Source: a virus. Taken from it: 64,000 nucleotides of DNA. Position 1 is the first letter of the stretch, and each line of letters opens with the position of its first letter. The notes under the pieces were generated by a model, which made no database searches, was not told the DNA's origin, and saw only the letters and a program-made list of their open reading frames with translations. The DNA lies in the IMG/VR virus record IMGVR_UViG_3300020281_000010; one strand, 5' to 3'. This document shows positions 36,639 to 44,064 of this stretch, piece after piece. The position numbers and the translations under genes are program-made.

Positions 36639-36948
36639 CAACAAAAAAGAATTTACAATCGCTCTATCACGTAGAGAACTAGGATTATTGCATTACTATA
36701 CACGTGGACTAGTTGCACGTATTGATAGCGATGTAACTGACTGGGGTTCATCTTGTACTGGTCACGATACTATTGAACACGATGATTATGGTAAGGACGC
36801 GATCATAGGATTATTCAAACAAATTAAACCACTAGTTGAAGCAAACTATGGTACGGAGTTCGAAGACTGGAAAAAAATGACACTTAGTGCCAGTCCACAA
36901 ACTGTCACACCCGAACCACCAGACCTCGCACCGTCCTCTATAATATAA
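36625..36948 (+). CDS. Early hypothetical protein
   Basis: ORF track; AAGGAG RBS; 3' end contains element copy 2. Confidence 0.6.
   Translation: MNHTNNKKEFTIALSRRELGLLHYYTRGLVARIDSDVTDWGSSCTGHDTIEHDDYGKDAIIGLFKQIKPLVEANYGTEFEDWKKMTLSASPQTVTPEPPDLAPSSII
36886..36944 (+). promoter_or_regulatory. Early palindrome-promoter element, copy 2
   Basis: AGTGCCAGT-ccacaa-ACTGTCACA, 29 nt, TATAAT. Confidence 0.8.
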
Positions 36949-36971
36949 GAGTAAAGCAAACGGAGACAACT

Positions 36972-37190
36972 ATGCAACTCACATCAGGTTCAATGCAATG
37001 CGAGTTCCGTCCCCACAACATTTTGACTGACAAGTTTGTTTACACTCTCAAATTGAAGGGTGATACAATGTCAGTCAGATTGATGAACAAAAAAGAAATG
37101 AAGGAAACAATCAACGCACGTGTTGATATTGGTTATCAAGTGACCGATTTCCTGACTGAACCACAAGAGTATTTCCCCGCTTGTTGCTGA
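36972..37190 (+). CDS. Early hypothetical protein
   Basis: ORF track; GGAG RBS; first gene after copy 2. Confidence 0.65.
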   Translation: MQLTSGSMQCEFRPHNILTDKFVYTLKLKGDTMSVRLMNKKEMKETINARVDIGYQVTDFLTEPQEYFPACC

Positions 37191-37202
37191 TTCTATTACA
37201 AA

Positions 37203-37379
37203 ATGATTATGACACCTGATCTTGACTTGCTGCTCTCTTACGAGAATGGTACAATTACAGAGGACGATTTCTTTTACCTCTTCCAACAAATCTACGACAC
37301 TAAAGCATACAACTGGTTGCAGGGGCATTATGGTCGTACTGTTAAACTTCTACTCGATGAGGGACTAATTTACCAGTAA
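37203..37379 (+). CDS. Small early protein (58 aa)
   Basis: Hand translation ...LFQQIYDTKAYNWLQGHYGRTVKLLLDEGLI. Confidence 0.65.
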   Translation: MIMTPDLDLLLSYENGTITEDDFFYLFQQIYDTKAYNWLQGHYGRTVKLLLDEGLIYQ

Positions 37380-37383
37380 TACT

Positions 37384-37968
37384 ATGACAGTTCAACAAGT
37401 GGCACAATTAAATGCACAACAGGGCGATTCACCCCTTATAATAGAGGTATCGACAAACAAAAGAATGCAAGTGACCACACCCGAACAACAGTATCAACAG
37501 TTATTTGAGCAAATGTATGCTCTATGTGATCAGCACGGATGGGGAGACCCATTTAGTTATGCTAGGTCAAGAGAAATTCATCTAGCAGGTATATTAGGTC
37601 ACAAAGTTGCTGACGATTACTCAGGTGCAGATGCATTTGACCAGTCTGGCAATCCAGTAGAATATAAATCTACTATAGGTAAGAAATTAACCGCTACATA
37701 CAACGGTATTTCAGTCCAAGATACTTGGGAAGATCAAGTTAAGTATCTCAAGGAAGAAAAAATTGGTAAGTATAAAGATCACTTCTTTGCACGTTACCAT
37801 AATGGTCAAGTTGTTGAGGTCTGGCAAATGTCAGGCGATGACGTACTGAAATTGTTGCTACCTAGTCTTAAAAAACAATTTCATTCTAATACTGTTAGAA
37901 AAGACCCACGTCTAGGTTACACTATTCCAAACAAAGCAATCCAAACCTATGGAACAAGAATTCTCTAG
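37384..37968 (+). CDS. PD-(D/E)xK restriction-like nuclease
   Basis: SREIHLA...SGADAFDQSGNPVEYKS motif (E...AD...ExK). Confidence 0.65.
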   Translation: MTVQQVAQLNAQQGDSPLIIEVSTNKRMQVTTPEQQYQQLFEQMYALCDQHGWGDPFSYARSREIHLAGILGHKVADDYSGADAFDQSGNPVEYKSTIGKKLTATYNGISVQDTWEDQVKYLKEEKIGKYKDHFFARYHNGQVVEVWQMSGDDVLKLLLPSLKKQFHSNTVRKDPRLGYTIPNKAIQTYGTRIL

Positions 37969-38188
37969 AGAGATACACGAGTATCACGATCACGGCAATT
38001 TTACTGATCAAATGCAACAATCAATCGACACACTTGGTGAACATTATATGAAAATGGTCACCAGTCATATTGACGCGAACCGCTTTGAAGATGCTGACGC
38101 TATTTTTAAGGAATTCGTTGTAAATGGTATTGACCCTGAGGATGGTACCTATGAATGGATCTTTATGGATCACATCGGGGACAGTTAA
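37949..38188 (+). CDS. Early hypothetical protein
   Basis: ORF track. Confidence 0.55.
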   Translation: MEQEFSREIHEYHDHGNFTDQMQQSIDTLGEHYMKMVTSHIDANRFEDADAIFKEFVVNGIDPEDGTYEWIFMDHIGDS

Positions 38189-38235
38189 ATAACTGTCACA
38201 TCATATCACCATACATTACACATTTACATTATAAT
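38177..38235 (+). promoter_or_regulatory. Early palindrome-promoter element, copy 3
   Basis: GGGGACAGT-taaata-ACTGTCACA, 29 nt, TATAAT. Confidence 0.8.
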
Positions 38236-38545
38236 AATACTATAGACAAACAAACATTATGACAAACAAACAACGTTATGAGTCTTTCCTTAGATGGGAA
38301 AAAATGATAGCAAGACAAGTTGCTAGAAAAAAAGGTTGCACAGTTGCTGACCTTTACAAGAAAGTTGACACAGTTTACTGGCAGGAGGTTTAATCAATGT
38401 CAGTATCACATCACGCAGATATGTTAGAGACATTTTTCGATGAGGAAATGGAACTAATGGAAAAAACTGGGATGGATAAAATGTTCACCCCCGAAGCATT
38501 GCAAGAGCATTGTGAATATATCGCTCGCGAAAGATTCGAGGATAT

Positions 38546-38728
38546 GTGCCAATGATAAAAAATATATTTGATCAAGAAATTTGTGTTGACTGTGGTCAAG
38601 AGTGTCACATAGGTTCGGGTCGATTCGTCAACAGATATGCATATTATGGTGACGAGATCGAGGGATGGCGATGTGGTCATTGTGCAGAAGAACTTGACTC
38701 ACTATTAGAAGAACTACAAAGTGCATAG
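38546..38728 (+). CDS. Small early Zn-finger-like protein
   Basis: CVDC...RFVNR...CGHC. Confidence 0.6.
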   Translation: MPMIKNIFDQEICVDCGQECHIGSGRFVNRYAYYGDEIEGWRCGHCAEELDSLLEELQSA

Positions 38729-38739
38729 TCAAGTGTTTA

Positions 38740-38798
38740 TGTGACACTTATATAAGTGGCACAAACTAACACCATAGTCCACATACATTGACTATAAT
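38740..38798 (+). promoter_or_regulatory. Early palindrome-promoter element, copy 4
   Basis: TGTGACACT-tatata-AGTGGCACA, 29 nt, TATAAT. Confidence 0.85.
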
Positions 38799-38824
38799 AA
38801 GAACATAAGCAACACAGAAATCAA

Positions 38825-39046
38825 ATGAATTCTTTACAAACATTCCCTGATTCTACAGAACTCGAAGCACGCTACGGTTTTAGCATCGATGCCTTAGAAC
38901 AGTTCGAAAGCATTTTCAGATACCTTGATGAGGAAGCACCCGAGGGATTACTGGATGAAATTGTTACCAATAAAGAGGGTTTCGATCAGTTGGTTAACTT
39001 TGCAACAGAGTTAAGAGTATGTGACGGAGTTAACTACGATGCTTAA
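38825..39046 (+). CDS. Early hypothetical protein (acidic)
   Basis: First ORF after copy 4. Confidence 0.6.
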   Translation: MNSLQTFPDSTELEARYGFSIDALEQFESIFRYLDEEAPEGLLDEIVTNKEGFDQLVNFATELRVCDGVNYDA

Positions 39047-39308
39047 TATACCAGTTTCATTCGATCAGGCATATGAAATGATCAAATTATGGGATACTCT
39101 AAGAGATATGGATTATCCCCTAACAGACAATCAAACCGCAGTATTTGAGAATATTCAGACTGGGGACTATTTGGTAAAAACACATCCTAAGACACAATGA
39201 CAAGTGATCAGTTGTTGAAAATCTATCTTAAGGTAACAAAACCTAAGAAAGTGGTTGTATTACTCAAACCTATTAGAACACACTACAATATGAACTCATT
39301 TGGTTAAG

Positions 39309-39367
39309 TGTGACAGTTATATTAGTGGCACACAGTATAACTATTCTCGGCAATATGCCTTTATAAT
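39309..39367 (+). promoter_or_regulatory. Early palindrome-promoter element, copy 5
   Basis: TGTGACAGT-tatatt-AGTGGCACA, 29 nt, TATAAT. Confidence 0.85.
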
Positions 39368-39389
39368 AAGAACATACACAACAAAACAA

Positions 39390-39620
39390 ATGCACAACTT
39401 TCAAGAATTTCTACAATACATCGAAATGTTTTATGCACCATATCACGCAGATGTATTATACCCAATAGACGGTTTAACCCAAGGTGAGATAGCAATCGCG
39501 ATCTTAAAGTATCTCGATCTATGTGCATCAACTGATATTGAATTTGGTGATGGTGACTCACTAGACCGCGAAAGAGTGAGAGATATTATCATTGAGTCGA
39601 GGGCAATCGCATATGCCTAG
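39390..39620 (+). CDS. Early hypothetical protein
   Basis: ATG 39390 after copy 5 (MHNFQEFLQY...FGDGDSLDRERVRDI). Confidence 0.65.
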   Translation: MHNFQEFLQYIEMFYAPYHADVLYPIDGLTQGEIAIAILKYLDLCASTDIEFGDGDSLDRERVRDIIIESRAIAYA

Positions 39621-39831
39621 TTACAACACATACGAGACATTTTCAGAAATTAGTGTGGGTGATATAGTTGCCTACACTAATAAGGATGGCAAGAGAATCA
39701 TCGGGCAAGTTATCATAAGGTGGGGAAAATATGCTAATCCCCAACTTGAAATATGTAACGATGAATCAACATCAGGCAATTATCACCCAGTTTCAGATTA
39801 TACCAAATGCAAAGTATTAGAGCGATTCTAA
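39613..39831 (+). CDS. Early hypothetical protein (KOW/SH3-like)
   Basis: ISVGDIVAYT...G...IGQV; probable start at ATG 39613. Confidence 0.5.
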   Translation: MPSYNTYETFSEISVGDIVAYTNKDGKRIIGQVIIRWGKYANPQLEICNDESTSGNYHPVSDYTKCKVLERF

Positions 39832-39832
39832 T

Positions 39833-39892
39833 TGTGACAGTTGTATTAGTGGCACACACAGTAGTGAATAGTATGCAATCATCCTTTATAAT
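39833..39892 (+). promoter_or_regulatory. Early palindrome-promoter element, copy 6
   Basis: TGTGACAGT-tgtatt-AGTGGCACA, 30 nt, TATAAT. Confidence 0.85.
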
Positions 39893-39917
39893 AAGCATAT
39901 AAGCAACACAGAAACAA

Positions 39918-40304
39918 ATGCCACTAACAGCAACAAAAACAACCCCAAGGTTAGACACATACCAAAAACTTCTATTGGATGCAATCCGCACATATGGAAG
40001 TGGAGATTGGAAAAATGGTGTTTCAATTCACCATAAGCACGATCAAAGTATGTTTTCAAATATACTAATCGGCGGCGAAGTTGTTGCCAAAGTTGTATAT
40101 GAAGAAGCACACGATGATATTTCGATTGAAGAATATAGAGCAATTCACATCGAAAAAACTCAATTTGCTAGAGTCAGTTATATCGCATTTGGCGATGATC
40201 TCTCAGCATATCGCGATGACTATCAGGTTACCAGATATAAGAATGTTTTGAAAAAACTCGGTTTCTTGATAGTTAAAGTATCTAATAAGTGCATCGTGTA
40301 CTAA
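39918..40304 (+). CDS. Early hypothetical protein
   Basis: First ORF after copy 6. Confidence 0.6.
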   Translation: MPLTATKTTPRLDTYQKLLLDAIRTYGSGDWKNGVSIHHKHDQSMFSNILIGGEVVAKVVYEEAHDDISIEEYRAIHIEKTQFARVSYIAFGDDLSAYRDDYQVTRYKNVLKKLGFLIVKVSNKCIVY

Positions 40305-40317
40305 AGTCAACCGATGT

Positions 40318-40376
40318 TGTGACACTTTCATTAGTGTCACATACATCCCCCATAGTACCCACACATCCTTTATAAT
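40318..40376 (+). promoter_or_regulatory. Early palindrome-promoter element, copy 7 (perfect palindrome)
   Basis: TGTGACACT-ttcatt-AGTGTCACA, 29 nt, TATAAT. Confidence 0.9.
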
Positions 40377-40399
40377 AAGAACATACACAAAGAGGTTTT

Positions 40400-40573
40400 A
40401 TGACAACATACACTTTGACAGAAAAGCAAGATGCAGTTCTTGTTCAAATGCTTCGCTATTTCAATGAGTTGGGAGTAGGCGGCGATATGATCGAAGAGGA
40501 TTTCGATTCACTTGTTGATCTCGTTTGTAATACTGGTGACGATGTAGTTAAAGCGAGGATTTGGAACAAATGA
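40400..40573 (+). CDS. Small early protein (57 aa)
   Basis: Hand translation MTTYTLTEKQDAVLVQML...; GAGG RBS. Confidence 0.6.
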   Translation: MTTYTLTEKQDAVLVQMLRYFNELGVGGDMIEEDFDSLVDLVCNTGDDVVKARIWNK

Positions 40574-40716
40574 TTTTAACACTAACTTCAGCAGAGTATT
40601 CAGAGTTAAAAGATTATATCTCTAGGGCATACTCGTCAAATTATCGCAATGATCTTTATGACACAGAACCATTTGATTCACTTGCTGATAAAATCTATGA
40701 ATTAGAGGAGGATTAA
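40570..40716 (+). CDS. Small early protein (48 aa)
   Basis: Hand translation MILTLTSAEYSELKDYI...FDSLADKIYELEED. Confidence 0.55.
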   Translation: MILTLTSAEYSELKDYISRAYSSNYRNDLYDTEPFDSLADKIYELEED

Positions 40717-40815
40717 TTAATGACTTATTATAATAAACTTAAGAAGATTTTATGGAATCCTAAATTAACTCATAATGAGAGAGTTAAACTTATTAAACAA
40801 CTTAAGGAGCAATAA

Positions 40816-40893
40816 ATGATAATTTTTCTATCCTTATTGCTCATCGTAGCAATTTTAATCATTTTCTTAAACTACTACAATCCTAACAACTAA
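40816..40893 (+). CDS. Tiny membrane peptide (25 aa)
   Basis: MIIFLSLLLIVAILIIFLNYYNPNN. Confidence 0.45.
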   Translation: MIIFLSLLLIVAILIIFLNYYNPNN

Positions 40894-40894
40894 A

Positions 40895-41038
40895 ATGACT
40901 TTTTTGACCACTTCCGTCCCAACTTACGATTTTCCCCAGTCACCTATCCTGATTTTAGGGTTTTTGGGTATTCTAGTTGCAATCTTTACTCTTTACACAG
41001 TAAATAAGGCATATTTTAATAGTCCCCTTAATAAATGA
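40895..41038 (+). CDS. Small membrane protein (47 aa)
   Basis: ...PILILGFLGILVAIFTLYTVNKAYFNSPLNK. Confidence 0.55.
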   Translation: MTFLTTSVPTYDFPQSPILILGFLGILVAIFTLYTVNKAYFNSPLNK

Positions 41039-41068
41039 TAGATGAGACAGTTAAGACTGACCACTTTT

Positions 41069-41127
41069 TAGGACAGTTAATGAACTGGCACACCTAACCA
41101 CACAGGCGGGTTTTTACCCACTATAAT
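41069..41127 (+). promoter_or_regulatory. Early palindrome-promoter element, copy 8
   Basis: TAGGACAGT-taatga-ACTGGCACA, 29 nt, TATAAT; an extra near-copy GACAGT-taag-ACTGAC lies just upstream (41046-41061). Confidence 0.8.
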
Positions 41128-41158
41128 AAGAATATACAAACAAAGGAGATTTTTCAAA

Positions 41159-41356
41159 ATGGCAAAATGGAGAGCAACAAAAGCAGCAGTTCTCGCTCAG
41201 TTTCGTTATAACTGGAATATTGCAGTCGCTCAGAATCCTTCTCTCAAAGGTGACATCGTAGCGAAGAGAGAAGACTGGAATAATTTTGTTGATATGCTTA
41301 ATAAAGATGGATATGTATCCAACAGTCAAGCATACAACTGGAGCAACCCATTCTAA
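41159..41356 (+). CDS. Early hypothetical protein
   Basis: AAGGAG RBS; KREDWNNFVDMLNKDG...WSNPF. Confidence 0.7.
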   Translation: MAKWRATKAAVLAQFRYNWNIAVAQNPSLKGDIVAKREDWNNFVDMLNKDGYVSNSQAYNWSNPF

Positions 41357-41664
41357 TGTCACATATGAAAGATCTATTTCTAGATACACAAATTTTATTA
41401 AACAATCTCACAATCCAAAAACAAATGTCTAAAGAAGAATTTATTGCCGAGGTCTATGAAATAGCATTTGGAGAAAATGCCATAAATCGCGGATTTTCCT
41501 TTGATGAGGTCATCGAAGAATTAAGAGAGTTTTCAGATAATGCTCTCGCATTCGAAGAGAGTGGACTAACTCGCGAAGAGTTAGAAGAGATCGGAGAGAA
41601 TAGGGAAAAATCTTATCGCGATGGATTTCGCGATGCTCTCGCACACAAATCAACTTCACACTAA
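41356..41664 (+). CDS. Early hypothetical protein (acidic)
   Basis: ORF track; TAATG coupling. Confidence 0.55.
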   Translation: MSHMKDLFLDTQILLNNLTIQKQMSKEEFIAEVYEIAFGENAINRGFSFDEVIEELREFSDNALAFEESGLTREELEEIGENREKSYRDGFRDALAHKSTSH

Positions 41665-41672
41665 TTAAAACA

Positions 41673-41798
41673 ATGAGAATTGCATTTACTTTGATCATTT
41701 TTCTACTAGGTATTAATCTATTGGTAGAGTTAGCAGAGTCTAATCTCGTGGACGTATTCACAGAAAGAAAGAACACAATCGAGAGGTTAGTAAAATGA
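41673..41798 (+). CDS. Small membrane/secreted protein (41 aa)
   Basis: MRIAFTLIIFLLGINLLVELAES.... Confidence 0.5.
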   Translation: MRIAFTLIIFLLGINLLVELAESNLVDVFTERKNTIERLVK

Positions 41799-41977
41799 AT
41801 TGGAAGCAATTAATTGAACTTGATGGTTATATCAACCTATGGGAAGTAATACCAGAGGATAAACATTCAAAACTTGCTAATTTAATTTGGCAAGCACTTG
41901 ATGATGAGGGAATCACATTAACACAAGATGCAGAATTAAGCATCCGTGTTTATGACAGTTTAGAAAGTGGCACATAA
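41795..41977 (+). CDS. Early hypothetical protein
   Basis: ORF track; 3' end contains copy 9. Confidence 0.55.
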   Translation: MNWKQLIELDGYINLWEVIPEDKHSKLANLIWQALDDEGITLTQDAELSIRVYDSLESGT

Positions 41978-42009
41978 TAACACTATTCCCCAATATGTTC
42001 CCCTATAAT
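41951..42009 (+). promoter_or_regulatory. Early palindrome-promoter element, copy 9
   Basis: TATGACAGT-ttagaa-AGTGGCACA, 29 nt, TATAAT. Confidence 0.85.
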
Positions 42010-42036
42010 AAGAACATAAGCAACAAACATTTAATT

Positions 42037-42201
42037 ATGAAAAAAGGACTTAATTGCGATTTTACCCAAGGGCAGTATTTGATGTTATACAACATAGTCG
42101 TGAATGCTCAACCCAAGGATGCTAATCCTAATTTCGATATGCAAACCTACGAAAATTTAGTAGACGCTATTGTAAACGCTAACCAAACATACATCAAATA
42201 A
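42037..42201 (+). CDS. Small early protein
   Basis: Probable start at ATG 42037 after the copy 9 leader. Confidence 0.55.
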   Translation: MKKGLNCDFTQGQYLMLYNIVVNAQPKDANPNFDMQTYENLVDAIVNANQTYIK

Positions 42202-42203
42202 AA

Positions 42204-42470
42204 ATGTCAATTAAATCTCAAATCCTCTACTTAGAGCAAACACTAGAAGAGTTAAAAGCAGCACAGCGAAAAAACTACAAACGCGAAAAAAACCACCCAA
42301 GGAACATTTTTAAGTATGCTATTGTAGTTCCTAATCATCCCTTAGGAATTCACGAGCATTATACAGACTGTTTCGAGAATGCTAAAAAAAGTTGTCTAGA
42401 ATGGGCAACAGACTACGGTCGTGCATATGTTGAAGACAGTACACTAAAAACCGTCTATAGTGTGTGCTAA
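42204..42470 (+). CDS. Early hypothetical protein
   Basis: ORF track. Confidence 0.6.
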   Translation: MSIKSQILYLEQTLEELKAAQRKNYKREKNHPRNIFKYAIVVPNHPLGIHEHYTDCFENAKKSCLEWATDYGRAYVEDSTLKTVYSVC

Positions 42471-42529
42471 TGTGCCAGTACACAAAGTGGCACACATACC
42501 CGAGCAATCGCCGCTCAATCCATTATAAT
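42471..42529 (+). promoter_or_regulatory. Early palindrome-promoter element, copy 10
   Basis: TGTGCCAGT-acacaa-AGTGGCACA, 29 nt, TATAAT. Confidence 0.85.
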
Positions 42530-42560
42530 AAGAACATAAGCAACACAGGAGACAATCCAA

Positions 42561-42896
42561 ATGAGAAAGATCGAAACTCAAATGAACAAAGCAATCAGAA
42601 CTCAGTCAAACTGGTCTAACGCTAATACAACAGTTTTCACAACTGACAATGGTCTTGAGTCTACTGTTTACTTGCACGGAAATCACATCGCAACATACTT
42701 TCACGCAGAAAGAAAACTTCAATTATTCGATGGCGGTTGGCAGTCTAATACAACTAAGTCTAGACTGAATGCACTACTTGATGAATTCGCTTATGGTACA
42801 TTTGTATTTCAAAAGCAATGGGAGTGGTTTATTGGTAAGAATTTCAACCCATCTCAAAAAGTTGATTTCTATAGCGGTATTGAGTTGACAGTCTAA
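42561..42896 (+). CDS. Early hypothetical protein
   Basis: AGGAG RBS; MRKIETQMNKAI...VYLHGNHIA...DGGWQSNTTKSRLNALL. Confidence 0.7.
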   Translation: MRKIETQMNKAIRTQSNWSNANTTVFTTDNGLESTVYLHGNHIATYFHAERKLQLFDGGWQSNTTKSRLNALLDEFAYGTFVFQKQWEWFIGKNFNPSQKVDFYSGIELTV

Positions 42897-42913
42897 CACA
42901 AATCGCTTATAAT
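42885..42913 (+). promoter_or_regulatory. Consensus sigma70 promoter
   Basis: TTGACA-17 nt-TATAAT. Confidence 0.8.
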
Positions 42914-42915
42914 AT

Positions 42916-42942
42916 AAAGGACTCTCACACAGTCCTTTTTTT
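42916..42942 (+). terminator. Rho-independent terminator ending the early array
   Basis: AAAGGACT-ctcacac-AGTCCTTT-TTTT. Confidence 0.75.
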
Positions 42943-42954
42943 ATTGCAATCATT

Positions 42955-43299
42955 ATGAATCCATTCAAAAAAATTGATGATAATACCTATCAGGACACAG
43001 AGGGAACACTATACAAACCGATACCAAATTACGAAGACTATTATGTTAGTAACCTCGGGTTTATTTACTCTACTAAATGGGGTAAATGGAAAAAATTGAA
43101 AATTCATCTAAACGAAAATGGTTATCGGCGTGTTACTCTCAGACAAAATGGTAAGACCGTAGTAAGAAGAGTTGCGAAACTTACCGCACTTGCCTTTATA
43201 TCGGCACACTCAAGTGTTACCAATGTGTTACACATAGACGGAAACAAATTAAATGATCACGTCAACAACCTTAGACTAGATAAACAACCAATTTCATAA
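42955..43299 (+). CDS. NUMOD4-HNH homing-endonuclease-like protein
   Basis: KPIPNYEDYYVSNLG...NGY..VTL...VLHIDGNKLNDHVNNL. Confidence 0.8.
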   Translation: MNPFKKIDDNTYQDTEGTLYKPIPNYEDYYVSNLGFIYSTKWGKWKKLKIHLNENGYRRVTLRQNGKTVVRRVAKLTALAFISAHSSVTNVLHIDGNKLNDHVNNLRLDKQPIS

Positions 43300-43417
43300 A
43301 TGTACAAATAAATATATGTAAGTATTTTATTTAACGAGTAATCTACGGAGGAATTGCAACCTTAGACCCTAACATATCGATCGAAATCTGTCAACCATTA
43401 TGGGAAAATTGTAACAT

Positions 43418-43446
43418 TTGCCAAGTATCCCAAATTGGTATATAAT
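43418..43446 (+). promoter_or_regulatory. sigma70-type promoter
   Basis: TTGCCA-17 nt-TATAAT upstream of ATG 43472. Confidence 0.7.
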
Positions 43447-43471
43447 TCAGCAGTTCATTACACCCTAAGCA

Positions 43472-43636
43472 ATGGGACGCACATACAAACGTAACGATGT
43501 TTACCAGAGTAACAGAGCGAAATCACTACGGGAAAAAAGAAACAAACAGAATGAAACCCTAAGTAAGAAGAATTACCAACACAGAAACAAACACGCAGAC
43601 AGGTACGAATCACCCGAGGATTTTATCAATGAATGA
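43472..43636 (+). CDS. Small basic protein (54 aa)
   Basis: Hand translation MGRTYKRNDVYQSNRAKSLREKRNK.... Confidence 0.6.
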   Translation: MGRTYKRNDVYQSNRAKSLREKRNKQNETLSKKNYQHRNKHADRYESPEDFINE

Positions 43637-43763
43637 CCCAAGGACAAAAGACTGGATTGATTTACTACTTGACGAACCTGACGAGGATATGTTAGAATTA
43701 GACTATGAAATTTATGATGATGAATCAAATGATCTAGACCTCGATTATACTACACAGCAATGA
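43629..43763 (+). CDS. Small acidic protein (44 aa)
   Basis: Hand translation MNDPRTKDWIDLLLDEPDEDMLELDYEIYDDES.... Confidence 0.5.
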   Translation: MNDPRTKDWIDLLLDEPDEDMLELDYEIYDDESNDLDLDYTTQQ

Positions 43764-43936
43764 AGCGATTTGAATTTCTCAATGAGTTAGTCGAGTCCAA
43801 TTCTTGCCCACCTTCGGAGTTAGTGGAGTGGGGTCAGTTCTTGCTAGATACTGAACTACAACCGCACTTCACTAAGTATAACAAATTGCTTGCTTATCTG
43901 GTTAGCGAGGGGTTATGCTACCACGTCCCAAGTTAG
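43760..43936 (+). CDS. Small hypothetical protein (58 aa)
   Basis: Hand translation MKRFEFLNELVES...YLVSEGLCYHVPS; ATGA coupling. Confidence 0.55.
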   Translation: MKRFEFLNELVESNSCPPSELVEWGQFLLDTELQPHFTKYNKLLAYLVSEGLCYHVPS

Positions 43937-44064
43937 TTGTCAAGTAGTATTGCGACATATTAAAAAGGGAACCTAGTGTTAACCTACAACAGTATAGGAC
44001 AGCATATATTATCGAAATCCCATTTTGGGTCCCCCCATATATCAAAAATTTTTCCAGGTAAAAA

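Noticed and set aside
38186-38191. TAAATA in palindrome spacers (copies 1 and 3) as late promoters
   Set aside because: The 6-nt spacer is AT-rich and variable in the other copies, so this is likely incidental; it cannot be excluded without TSS data.
36131-42494. Palindrome as a canonical CRP or NtcA box
   Set aside because: The TGTGA/TCACA half-sites are 14 nt apart rather than the 6 nt of CRP, and there is no GTA-N8-TAC.
36131-42529. Repeated palindromes as a CRISPR array
   Set aside because: Repeats are degenerate, separated by 485-1291 nt containing ORFs, each is tied to a -10 box, and no cas genes are present.
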